Positions 45,584-54,609 of a DNA stretch of 64,000 nucleotides are shown piece after piece. The translations under genes and the position numbers were made by a program. The stretch is taken from positions 470,462 through 534,461 of the forward strand of contig CAWINE010000028.1 of NCBI GenBank assembly GCA_963837315.1. Reading direction: 5' to 3'. The notes below the pieces were generated by a model. It made no database searches and had not been told where the DNA came from. It saw only the letters and a list, made by a program, of their open reading frames with translations. How positions within the stretch are numbered: the first letter of the stretch is position 1; the number at the start of each line of letters is the position of its first letter. Source of the DNA: an uncultured Chloroflexia bacterium. Its GTDB lineage: Bacteria; Chloroflexota; Chloroflexia; QHBQ01; JADMIH01.

Positions 45584-46651
45584 TTAGCCTTCATGGGCAG
45601 CGACGAATTTGCGCCGCCGCAGAGGCGCTGAAGTTTCGTGCAGGCATTGCAATATCTCTACAAACGACTGGCGAACGCCTGTTACATGGTAGGAAACGTC
45701 ATGTTCGGCGCAGAAACGCCGGGTCATTTCGGCGGCGTCCCGAAGCTTGTTGCGGGGCATGCCTGGAAAGAGATGGTGGGCGGCCTGGTGGTTCAATCCA
45801 CCATAAAGGAAATCAATTAGGGGTGTGGAGCGGACGCTGCGGGCGGTGAGCACCTGCTTGCGCAAGAAGTCCATCTGCTCGTCATCTTCGCCCACCACGA
45901 GCATACCTTTGTGGTTGGGAGCGAATACTGCCCCTATGAACAGCCCCAGCAGCCCTCGGTGCACCAAAATGAAGGTCAATCCGAGCCACGGCCCGAGCAG
46001 CAAAGGTAAACCCACGTAATAGAGGACGAAGTGCGCCCAGAGCATAGCAGTATCGGGTAGGTGCCACCTGTAGCGCTTGCGGATCATAAAGATGACCGAT
46101 GAAATCTGCATGCTGTAGGTGGTGAAGGTGAGCGCCGGGAAGAAGAGGTAAGCCTGGTAAGCGGTGAAAATACGCGCCAACCCGGTCTTGCGCAAAGCCT
46201 GCTCTTCAGAGAATGCCATAAAAGGGATCGTTATGTCGGGGTCCATCCCATCGTGGTTGGGGTTGGCGTGGTGGGCGTTATGCTTGTCGTTCCACCAGCC
46301 AAGACTCATCCCCACCAGCAGATTGGCCATCAGCATGCCCACCCAGTTGTTCACGCGGCTTGAGCTGAACACCTGCTTATGGCCGAAATCGTGTGCCAGA
46401 AAGCCCAACTGAGCGCACACAAAGGCCAGGTACGGCGCAACCAGCAAGCGCAGCCAGCCGTCCAGCAGGAAGAGCACAACCACCCCGGCAGCGAACAGGC
46501 CCAATGTATAGGCCATCTTGATTCCGTAATATCTGCCCTGTGGGTTGAGCAGCCCGGCATCTCTGACGCGGGCTTTCAACGCCCCGTAAAGATTCTTGTT
46601 TATCGACGTGGAATCTTGCGCGCGCCTACCTTGTAATTCGATTGCAGCCAT
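45584..46651 (-). CDS. membrane fatty-acid (acyl-lipid/acyl-CoA) desaturase
   Basis: 355 aa with three His boxes (HDFGH, HNAHHANPN, QAAHHLFP) and predicted TM segments between them. Confidence 0.85.
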   Translation of the reverse strand: MAAIELQGRRAQDSTSINKNLYGALKARVRDAGLLNPQGRYYGIKMAYTLGLFAAGVVVLFLLDGWLRLLVAPYLAFVCAQLGFLAHDFGHKQVFSSSRVNNWVGMLMANLLVGMSLGWWNDKHNAHHANPNHDGMDPDITIPFMAFSEEQALRKTGLARIFTAYQAYLFFPALTFTTYSMQISSVIFMIRKRYRWHLPDTAMLWAHFVLYYVGLPLLLGPWLGLTFILVHRGLLGLFIGAVFAPNHKGMLVVGEDDEQMDFLRKQVLTARSVRSTPLIDFLYGGLNHQAAHHLFPGMPRNKLRDAAEMTRRFCAEHDVSYHVTGVRQSFVEILQCLHETSAPLRRRKFVAAHEG

Positions 46652-46856
46652 TACTTACTCCTATTTGCAGTCCCCAGGGCGACTGTTGATGCTTCTCTGA
46701 AGAGCGCGCCAGGAACACCATGTCACTCTTCAGCCTGAGTGGTAATACCTTCCCGCAAAAGGAGAGCCCGGATCAGGGGAAACAAAAAGAGCCTGAAGAT
46801 AATCAGGCTCTCAAAAGCTTCAATAAGAGGGGCGGTTAGATATTATCTACCTCTTG

Positions 46857-46885
46857 ACTATAACACCGCCAACTAGCAATGTCAA
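46857..46885 (-). promoter_or_regulatory. sigma-70-type promoter for the desaturase (TTGACA-17-TATAGT)
   Basis: The minus strand reads gTTGACAttgctagttggcggtgtTATAGTcaag. This implies a ~200-nt 5' UTR containing the hairpin gagcctga-agataa-tcaggctc (46789-46812). Confidence 0.5.
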
Positions 46886-46933
46886 ACAAAGTGAACGACG
46901 TGAGAGTTCAGATTTGGGGTGGAGAAAGTCTTG

Positions 46934-47015
46934 TAGGGGCAGACCCACGTGTCTGCCCTGCTCGGATAGAGAATTCTGCAACCCCGCCAGGGCAGACACG
47001 TGGGTCTGCCCCTAG
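46934..47015. repeat. inverted repeat of a 27-bp GC-rich element (TAGGGGCAGACCCACGTGTCTGCCCTG)
   Basis: The arm 46934-46960 has its exact reverse complement at 46988-47015. Each arm is itself a near-palindrome around CACGTG. Confidence 0.85.
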
Positions 47016-47232
47016 ACCTTTAATCTGAACGCATACTGGAACGACACAACAGGGCGGATGCAACGTCGAGAACCTGCTCAGAATGACAAGGGCGTAGGAC
47101 GAAGGACGGAGATGGCGCTCCAGGCACCGACTTTGCATCACCCTGCAAGTGACAGGGGCAGGGCAGATCTATCCGGCGTGCGGCGCTATGATATAATCTC
47201 CTTTACCACCTACAACGATGAGGAGGCCACCC

Positions 47233-48496
47233 GTGGCAGCAGAGCAGGCAGAGAAACCTAATCCTTATCAGGTCGCGGTCGAGCAGTTTATGATCGCCGC
47301 CGACAAGCTCCACCTCGATGAGGGGATGAAGCAGATATTGTCAAAGCCCAAGCGCGAGCTGACCGTGAACTTCCCCGTCCGCATGGACGACGGAAGCTAT
47401 AAGGTCTACACAGGCTATCGCGTGCAGCACTCGCTCACCCGCGGCCCCGCAAAGGGCGGCATCCGCTATCATCAGGACGTTTCTCTGGACGAGGTGCGCG
47501 CCCTCGCCATGTGGATGACATGGAAGTGCGCCACGGTTGGTATTCCCTATGGCGGGGGCAAAGGCGGCGTCATCGTAGACCCGCGTCAGCTAAGCCAGAA
47601 CGAGCTGGAGCGCCTCACCCGCCGCTTTGCCACCGAAATCTCTCCTATCATCGGCCCTGAGATAGACATCCCGGCTCCCGACGTGAACACCAATGCCCAG
47701 ACGATGGCCTGGATCATGGACACTATCTCCATGATCCGCGGCTACCCGATCCCCGGCCTCATCACCGGCAAGCCCATCCCGATCAAAGGCTCTCTTGGCC
47801 GTACCGAGGCCACCGCTCGCGGTCTGCAATATGTCGTGCGCGAGGCAGTCAAGGCGAAAGGCATGAGCCTGCAAGGCGCTCGCGTGGTCGTGCAGGGCTT
47901 CGGCAACGTCGGCGGCAACTCGGCCCGCCTCCTCGCTGAAGACGGAGCTGTCATCATCGGCGTCTCCGATGTATACGGTGCTCTCTACTCTTCCAAAGGC
48001 ATCGACCCTGACGCCGCCACCGACTACGCCCTCAAGAACGGTCGCCTGACCGATTTCCCGGGCACCGAGCCTATCACCAACGCCGAGCTACTCGAGCTTG
48101 AATGCGATATCCTTGTGCCCGCCGCGCTGGAAAGCCAGATTACCGGCCAGAACGCAGGCCGTATCAAGGCCAAAATGATAGCCGAAGGCGCGAACGGCCC
48201 CACAACGCCCGAAGCCGACCTTGTGCTTTACGACAAAGGCGATCATGGTCGTCCCCGACATCCTCGCCAACGCAGGCGGTGTTACCGTCTCCTACTTCGA
48301 GTGGGCGCAGAACATCCAGGGCTATTACTGGGCTGAGGATGAGGTCAACGACAAGCTGGAGCGCGTAATGAAGCAGTCCTTCAACGACGTTTACGACATA
48401 GCCACCAGCCGCAAGGTGGACATGCGCATAGGCGCTTACATGCTTGCGATCTCCCGCGTCGCCGAGGTCACGCGGTTGCGCGGCATTTTCCCGTAA
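47233..48496 (+). pseudogene. glutamate dehydrogenase paralog, one frameshift
   Basis: GTG 47233 lies 6 nt after GAGGAGG. The product is about 90% identical by eye to 44266-45525 in the first ~300 nt. The body is ORF 47218-48336. The C-terminus ([23 protein letters not shown]...RLRGIFP) is in ORF 48221-48496. The junction is at about 48240. Confidence 0.8.
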
Positions 48497-48508
48497 GTAT
48501 TCAGAATT

Positions 48509-48572
48509 CCGGTGCCCAACAAAAGAAAGATGGAGCGCATCAGCGCTCCATCTTTCTTTTGTTGGGCACCGG
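48509..48572. terminator. perfect 30-bp-stem hairpin, bidirectional terminator
   Basis: ccggtgcccaacaaaagaaagatggagcgc-atca-gcgctccatctttcttttgttgggcaccgg. Confidence 0.7.
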
Positions 48573-48575
48573 GTC

Positions 48576-48902
48576 TTAGCTGTCGTTCTTGCGCTCCGGG
48601 TGCGAATCGTCGCTGACCCAGTCGCCGGCGCCCGGCCCGGCTGCATTGCTGCTGAGGCCGGTCGTGTCGCCCCAGCTACCGCCGCTGGGCGTGTGGCTGT
48701 CGGGGTCCATGCCCCCACCCGTGTCCACGCCGGAGTCGTCCCAATCCGAGCGGTCTTCCCCCGACGGCCCACCCTTGACTTGCTTTGTAACATCCATGGT
48801 GGGTAGCTCTTCGGCGTTAGGATCTCCAGTGCCCGTTCCCCGGCTTTCAGCTACCTGTGTATAGTCTTCGAGATTATCCTTGTCACTGTTCTGGTGGGTC
48901 AT
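48576..48902 (-). CDS. small acidic Gly/Ser/Asp-rich, predicted disordered protein
   Basis: 108 aa from an ATG 6 nt after AGGAGG. There is no hydrophobic segment. It shares the motif G-S/N-WGD with the next gene. Confidence 0.6.
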   Translation of the reverse strand: MTHQNSDKDNLEDYTQVAESRGTGTGDPNAEELPTMDVTKQVKGGPSGEDRSDWDDSGVDTGGGMDPDSHTPSGGSWGDTTGLSSNAAGPGAGDWVSDDSHPERKNDS

Positions 48903-48974
48903 ATCGTGCCTCCTGATCTAGTGATTTACCTTCCAGGTCGCTGTGCAACTTCTACTAACCAATTAAAGATTGGA

Positions 48975-49255
48975 TGGTTTTGGGGACACCCCAAGCCCCG
49001 GCAGGGAGATCCCTGCACCCCCTTTTGTCGCCAACTTGTTAGTAATGGAGGTATTTTGGGGACACCCCAAGCCCCGGCAGGGAGCCCCTGCACCCCCTCT
49101 CCACGATAGCCTGTTAGAGAATAGAGGGAGTATTGGGGACACCCCAAGCCCCGGCAGGGGAGCGCCCCTGCACTGCTTCTTCACCATGGCCTGTTAGAGA
49201 ACAAGAGATACTGGGGACGCCCAAGCCCTGGCAGGGACCTCCAGGCACCCCTTCC
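48975..49255. repeat. array of four GGGGACACCCC...CAGGG-N-CCCTG...CACCCC elements (period ~75-78 bp)
   Basis: Copies lie at about 48982-49022, 49056-49096, 49134-49177 and 49213-49250 (the last degenerate). The family and orientation match 6339-6530. Confidence 0.85.
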
Positions 49256-49308
49256 CCAACTTAGAGTGACCATACGCAGGCCTCTGCTCTTCCGATGTGG
49301 GGGTTTAT

Positions 49309-49968
49309 TCAGTTTTGGCCACTGGTGGTGGTGTTCTCACTCAGACCTCCGCCCAGGCTGGCTCCCGGGTCGCCCCAATTGCCTCCTGTCCCCGTAGAGG
49401 AGCCCATATCGAGCGCGCTGCTGCCTCCGGTGCTCGTGCCCATGCCGACGCCCGATGTACCGCTGTCAGCGCCTGCTCGGCTGTCGCCCATCATCTCTCC
49501 ACTGTTGCCCATGTCCGTGGCTCGCCCGCTATGCCCGCTACCACGCGCATCGCCTCTTTCGCTGCTCTTTCCATAACCGGTATTCGGCTCGTTTTCACCC
49601 ATGTCGCTAACGTCCGGGCCCCCGCTATCCGGCAGCGGCTCGCCCATACTGTACCTGTTGCCGCCGTCTATGCCAGACCTGGCTTCACGGCCGGTGTTAC
49701 GGTCATTTTCGCCGGTGCTGCCCATATTGCTGTTATCTCCGGCGTCAGCGCCGCCCCCGGTCCGACCGCTGCCGGCCATCTGGCCGCCGCTGCTGTAACC
49801 GGTGCCCATGCCTGTATCCTGATCACCATAACCTTCTGTGCCACTCGTGCCTACCGGCACGCTGGTGCCGCTGGTCAGTGTTTCCAAATCGCCACCATTG
49901 CCCCGGTCGCCCGAGCTGGCGTCCCGGTCTCGCATCTTTCTGTTGTCAAGCTCTCGAAAAGTCCCCAT
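49309..49968 (-). CDS. Gly/Ser/Asp/Met-rich, predicted disordered protein
   Basis: ATG 49968 (MGTFRELDN) lies 7 nt after AGGAGG. The product has 219 aa of low-complexity D/G/S/T/N/M sequence with repeated DMG/GMG motifs. Confidence 0.6.
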   Translation of the reverse strand: MGTFRELDNRKMRDRDASSGDRGNGGDLETLTSGTSVPVGTSGTEGYGDQDTGMGTGYSSGGQMAGSGRTGGGADAGDNSNMGSTGENDRNTGREARSGIDGGNRYSMGEPLPDSGGPDVSDMGENEPNTGYGKSSERGDARGSGHSGRATDMGNSGEMMGDSRAGADSGTSGVGMGTSTGGSSALDMGSSTGTGGNWGDPGASLGGGLSENTTTSGQN

Positions 49969-49997
49969 ATCCGCGCCTCCTTTTTGCATAAGGCATC

Positions 49998-50300
49998 TCA
50001 GTGATGGCTGTGGTCAGGTGCGCCGTCCTTGCTGTCTATACGCCTGACACCGCCCGACTGCTCTTCAGGTGTGAGGGTCAAACTTTGATCCTCCTCCACG
50101 TCCGGGTCGAGGTTGCGTCCGATATCAACGCTTTTGCCGTGCAGCCGGTCGCCCGTGCTCAGATCGTCCCTTTGCCTGTTAATCTCCATCCCCTCAACGC
50201 TGTCCATCACATAATCTTGCCCAGACCTCTCCTGGTCAATGCCTCTGTTGCTTATACCTACGCCTTCTTCTTCCTTTTGCTCGCCCTGGTTACTATCCAT
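49998..50300 (-). CDS. small acidic, predicted disordered protein
   Basis: ATG 50300 (MDSNQGEQKEEEG) lies 8 nt after AGGAGG. The product is 100 aa, highly charged, and ends in HSHH. It lies 29 nt upstream of the next gene on the same strand. Confidence 0.55.
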   Translation of the reverse strand: MDSNQGEQKEEEGVGISNRGIDQERSGQDYVMDSVEGMEINRQRDDLSTGDRLHGKSVDIGRNLDPDVEEDQSLTLTPEEQSGGVRRIDSKDGAPDHSHH

Positions 50301-50396
50301 TTTCCATGCCTCCTTGTGGCGATTTTTACTCTCTGCTTCCGTACGCATTCTTATCCACCCCAACGCTTCGGCACAAGTCATGCCAACGCACAAATG

Positions 50397-50469
50397 GTAC
50401 CGTTAGCAACAATAAGAGCAAAGGGGCCGCGCAGACGACCCCTTTGCTCTTATTGTTGCTAACGGTACG
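50397..50469. terminator. perfect 30-bp-stem hairpin (12-nt loop)
   Basis: ggtaccgttagcaacaataagagcaaagggg-ccgcgcagacga-cccctttgctcttattgttgctaacggtac. It lies downstream of the propeller gene and upstream of the disordered-protein genes. Confidence 0.65.
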
Positions 50470-50525
50470 CTCCTCGCTACAACTGCGAAATCGCAAGTTA
50501 GACAAGCGACAGACACCGATCCACT

Positions 50526-51978
50526 TTACTGCCCCAAAGAAAGCTCGAGTATTCTGTTGCGTCCGGCCTCAGCGATGTACAATTCGTTGCCCAGGACTCC
50601 CAGGCCGTGGGGCAGATTCAGACCCGATGTCAGTGAGGTTAGCTTGCCGCTTGCCGGGTCTATGCGAGCGATCTCGCCGCCCAGAGAGTTTACATATATG
50701 CTGCCGTCGGCACCCACCACCACGTCGTCGGGCTGGAATATGGTTGCCAGTCGCGTGTGAGAGCCGTCCTTGTTCACTTTGTCCACGACATTGCCGAACT
50801 CTTCGGCCACTATTATCGTCCCATCCGGCTCAACTGCTGCCCCCGTAGGGCGCACGAACCCGCTCGCGATCGTTTGGAGGCTGCTGCCGTCGCGGCTCAT
50901 TCTCAATAGCCGGCCGTAGGGGCTGTCGGGGATGCAGTATGTCGCCGGTTGCCGGGTCAAGCCCCAGGCCGTCCACGCCATCCTGGCCTGTGTCGTTCAC
51001 CAGTTGGCGCAGCACTTTCTTCGCACCTGTTTGCGGGTCGACCTCGATAATTCGGTTGGTCTTCTGCTCTGCCACGATTAGAGCGCCATCCTTTGCCACG
51101 ATAATACCTTCGGGCTCGTTGAAGCCGGTCGCCAGCACGCGCGGTGTGCCGCCGGGCGTCAGGATGTTGAGGGCGTTGTTGCCGAAATCCCCGAAGATAA
51201 TATCGCCTGACGGGGTGACCGTGAGATCGTCCGGACTGCCGAAGCCGCTCGCAAGGGTTTGCAAGCCGGTTTTGGGAGGCGCCAGGTTCTTGGCCTGCTC
51301 GGCACCCAGCCTGCCCAGGAGCACCTCGTACTGGGTGCCCTGGTTTTCCGGGTGGTACTCAAAGCGCTGGCGCTCGAAATATTGCACCAGGTAGCTCTTG
51401 CCGTCGTCCTTACTCACTTCCATGAAAGGCTGCGAAAGAGGGTAGCCGAACTGCCTGAGGCCGCCCATGCTATTCCAGGCGGCGGCTATGGCCTGCCCAC
51501 CGGGGCTGCTGTCGCCCAGCGTGTGCCCGGTCTCGGAGAACCAGGCCACCGAGCCGCCAGGGTTGCTCACGGTCTGGAATGGAGCCTGGTTTTGCTCGCT
51601 TTTCGCCGCCAATGTGCCGAGAAGCCCTAACAGCACGTTGTTGGGCGCTGTATATTCCGGGTGATATTCAAAGCGTGCCCGCTCGAACCATTGTGTCATG
51701 TACGTTTTGCCGTCGGTGGGAGATATTTCATTGCGCTCGGTAGTAATCGGAAGGCCATTGATATACAGGCTATCGGCGAACGAGCGTCCTCCCTGCCAGG
51801 CGGTCCAGAAATCCCCGGTGACGGTGATGCCGGTCTGCCCGAAGGTATAGCTGTCGCCGGCTGCGAGCGCCGATAAGGACGCCCCATGCGGCGCAGCCGC
51901 CGTTGCAAGCGTTGTGGCCAGCAAGAGCGCAACGCTAAAGGCAACGCGCTTTGTATGGGCCAATTTTGATCTGTTCAT
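50526..51978 (-). pseudogene. secreted protein with QxFERxRFEYHPE repeats and a C-terminal SMP-30/NHL-like beta-propeller, one frameshift
   Basis: The signal peptide is MNRSKLAHTKRVAFSVALLLATTLATAAA. There are two WFERARFEYHPE / YFERQRFEYHPE modules. Propeller blades (GDIIFGDFGNN, GALIVAEQKTNRI, GTIIVAEEFGN, GSIYVNSLGG, LYIAEAGRNRI) are split between ORF 50830-51978 and ORF 50526-50981. The junction is at about 50940. Confidence 0.7.
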
Positions 51979-52444
51979 TATTCCTTTGCTCCAGTTCTAT
52001 GACGTGTGATTGGCATTTTTATCACGTACCCCAAAAACTATATCCTTAACATCATATTATGTGCCCCTAACGTTGGGAAATGATTGGAGGGAATCCGTCC
52101 AGGCTTGCCGCCTGCCTGATAACGTTTTGAGCCAGGGGCAGGCGTTGTGCATAGAAAAGTTGGCCCTGTTCATCGTAATCTTCTCCTCCGGTGCCTTAGC
52201 GCCGTATCAAAAGTGCTGGAGACATGGCGAGCGCCTGTCTACCCGCTCATTATAGTGGAGCCTCGGGCCGGTTCGGAATGGACAACGCCCGGTTCAGGTG
52301 GGACAAGAAAAAGCATGACAAGATACCATTTCAGAGTAGCTTATGCAAATTCAAAGTGTAAGCCCCAGAAAATGGGCCCGTCTGGCGGAAAGCATTTGGC
52401 TGCGGACGACCCTCGCAAAGCTCAGAAACGTGGGGACGAACGGA

Positions 52445-52481
52445 CCCGGCCCGCCAAACACATTGTGTTTGGCGGGCCGGG
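52445..52481. terminator. GC-rich hairpin downstream of the spondin_N-like gene
   Basis: cccggcccgccaaacac-att-gtgtttggcgggccggg. Confidence 0.55.
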
Positions 52482-52506
52482 CAGATACCAAATTGTCCGG
52501 TGAGTG

Positions 52507-53985
52507 CTAGCGCCTGCGTGTCGCGGCGCGGCGCAGGGTGAGGCCGGCGAAGACGAGAACCACAGACAATAGCATTGCTAAGGATGCTACAAGCCACATG
52601 GTCGTGTCGGCTGCGCCTGTCGTGGGCATACCAGGCACAGGGTTACCGGCAGCACAGGGTTAGTAGTGCCTGGCGTGCTGGAGCCAGGTGCGCTTGGGCT
52701 GGTGGAGCTGACATCCTTTATCGTGAAGCGGGCGACGGGGCCTGTCCATTTGAAGTCGGGAGTAACGTCAGCTTTGCCGGTGATGCCGGGGTGCAAGCTG
52801 ATCGGCTGCGGGGGAGTGGTGTTCGGTCCATGGAACTTGCCCCCGAATGGCGGTCCAGGCACGTCGACGGCCAGCTCGGTGTTGTCTTCGGCACCCGCAT
52901 CATAGGCCACAGTCTCTGTGGTGCCGTCCGTAAGTGGCACGCTATCGAGGCCCGTGAAACCGTCGTTGGTCTCGATCAGCATGGTGGCTGCCGAGAGTGT
53001 ATCGCCGTCTTTAGCGGTTATTCTGACCGTGATGCCATCCCCCGGCAAAAGGTGTGCGCCTGTGGTCATAACGGCAGTAGCCTGGCTTTGCAGCTCAGCG
53101 GCAAGCATGTCAGGCATCCCTTCTCTGGCCAGCAGTGCCGTGCCGGGTGAGGCCACCTGGCCAAGCTGCCAGGCGTGAGCCGATGCGGGGTGAGTGGCTA
53201 TCACAAGCGGAGACAACCCTTGCTTCCCCGAGTTGATGTTCATGACGGTCACATCGTACGTCTTCACGCCCGCCGGCGCGGGGATACTATTGCCAGGGCT
53301 AACCGAGCCCGGCGCGGCAGGAGCTGGATGCGTCCACTGCCTTGATGGTGAAGCGGGCGACGGGGCCTGTCCACTTGAAGTCGGGAGTAACGTCAGCTTT
53401 GCCGGTGATGCCGGGGTGCAAGCTGATCGGCTGCGGGGGAGTGGTGTTCGGTCCATGGAACTTGCCCCCGAATGGCGGTCCAGGAACGTCGACGGCCAGC
53501 TCGGTGTTATCTTCGGCACCCGCATCGTAGGCCACAGTCTCTGTAGTGCCGTCCGCAAGGGGTACACTGTCGAGGCCCGTGAAGCCGTCGTTGGTCTCGA
53601 TCAGCATGGTGGCTGCCGAGAGTGTATCACCGTCTTTGGCCGTTATTCTGACCGTGATACTGTCGCCGGGTAGAAGGTGTGCGCCTGTGGTCATAACGGC
53701 AGTTGCATTGCTTTGCAGCTCAGCGGCAAGCATGTCAGGCATCCCTTCTCTGGCCAGCAGTGCCGTGCCGGGTGAAGCAAGTTGGCCAAGCTGCCAGGCA
53801 TGCACCGAAGCGGGATGAGTGGCTATCACAAGCGGGGAGAGGCCTTGCTTGCCCGAGTTGATGTTCATCACAGTTACATCATACATCTTCATACCCGCCT
53901 GGGCGGCAGCGCGATAAGGGGCCACCAGCAGTGCCAGTAGAGTGAGGGCCAGTAATCCGGTAAGCAGACGTTTCTGATTCGACAT
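52507..53985 (-). pseudogene. secreted protein with two tandem spondin_N-like domains and a C-terminal PTTG-TM-RRR sorting-type anchor; at least two frameshifts
   Basis: ATG 53985 (MSNQKRLLTGLLALTLLALLV) follows AGGAGG. Two ~200-aa units (YDVTVMNINSGKQGLSPLVIATHP...MLIETNDGFTGLD...PDFKWTGPVARFTIK) are encoded by a ~626-bp tandem duplication. The inter-unit junction (about 53330) and the C-terminal segment GMPTTGAADTTMWLVASLAMLLSVVLVFAGLTLRRAATRRR (about 52620 to 52507) are out of frame. Confidence 0.7.
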
Positions 53986-54340
53986 TCTTTGCCTCCTGTT
54001 TGTGTGTACCGGCGTCATCACCGGTCGAATAATGTGCCACTATCAGTAGCACGAAGGAGGCCATTCAGCGCTGATTTTATTACGGCAGTATTACAGTTTG
54101 GTTACATTTTGGTCGAACGGAATCTGCTAGTAGCTCCGGGCTGTTAAGTTCAGAAGTGCCGAAGGAGAGAAAAATTAGCGCCCGTCCTAAAACACCAATT
54201 GCGGGCCGGTCGCCTGAGCATCAGCCGATTTACGGCAACATAACAGTAGCGGGCGATTGCCGTGGCCTGGGATGCCGGCTTGCCAATCTAGTATCAGGTT
54301 GGGTTATGAAATGCGTCAGGAAGGCTTCTATTTGCCCCAT

Positions 54341-54379
54341 GGAGATAGGGGATGGGGGAGATAGGGGAGATACGGGGAG
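54341..54379. repeat. GGAGATAGG-type short tandem run
   Basis: ggagataggggatgggggagataggggagatacggggag. Confidence 0.6.
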
Positions 54380-54609
54380 CAAGAGGCATTCCCTGGCTTC
54401 CCTCGCCCTCCAGAAAGGCGCCCATAAAGTTGACGGCATCTAGATAACAGATTATGCTGTTTGTTGCCAGGTTGGCCGCAAGAAGTCAGCTCTTGAGCCA
54501 AAGGGCCACTGAGTTATTCATCCGCGATATGGTTTGCATAACACTTACTATGATATGTCGTTATGATTAATATTATGGCTATCTGCTCGCGCAGAAAGAA
54601 AACATCTTA

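Noticed and set aside
51979-52440. A possible riboswitch or leader peptide upstream of the propeller gene. The minus strand has a TATAAT-like box near 52250 and a 38-codon ORF with a GGAGGAG SD.
   Set aside because: I could match no conserved riboswitch core motif (TPP, cobalamin, glycine, ZTP, c-di-GMP and similar). The small ORF has no support beyond the SD.
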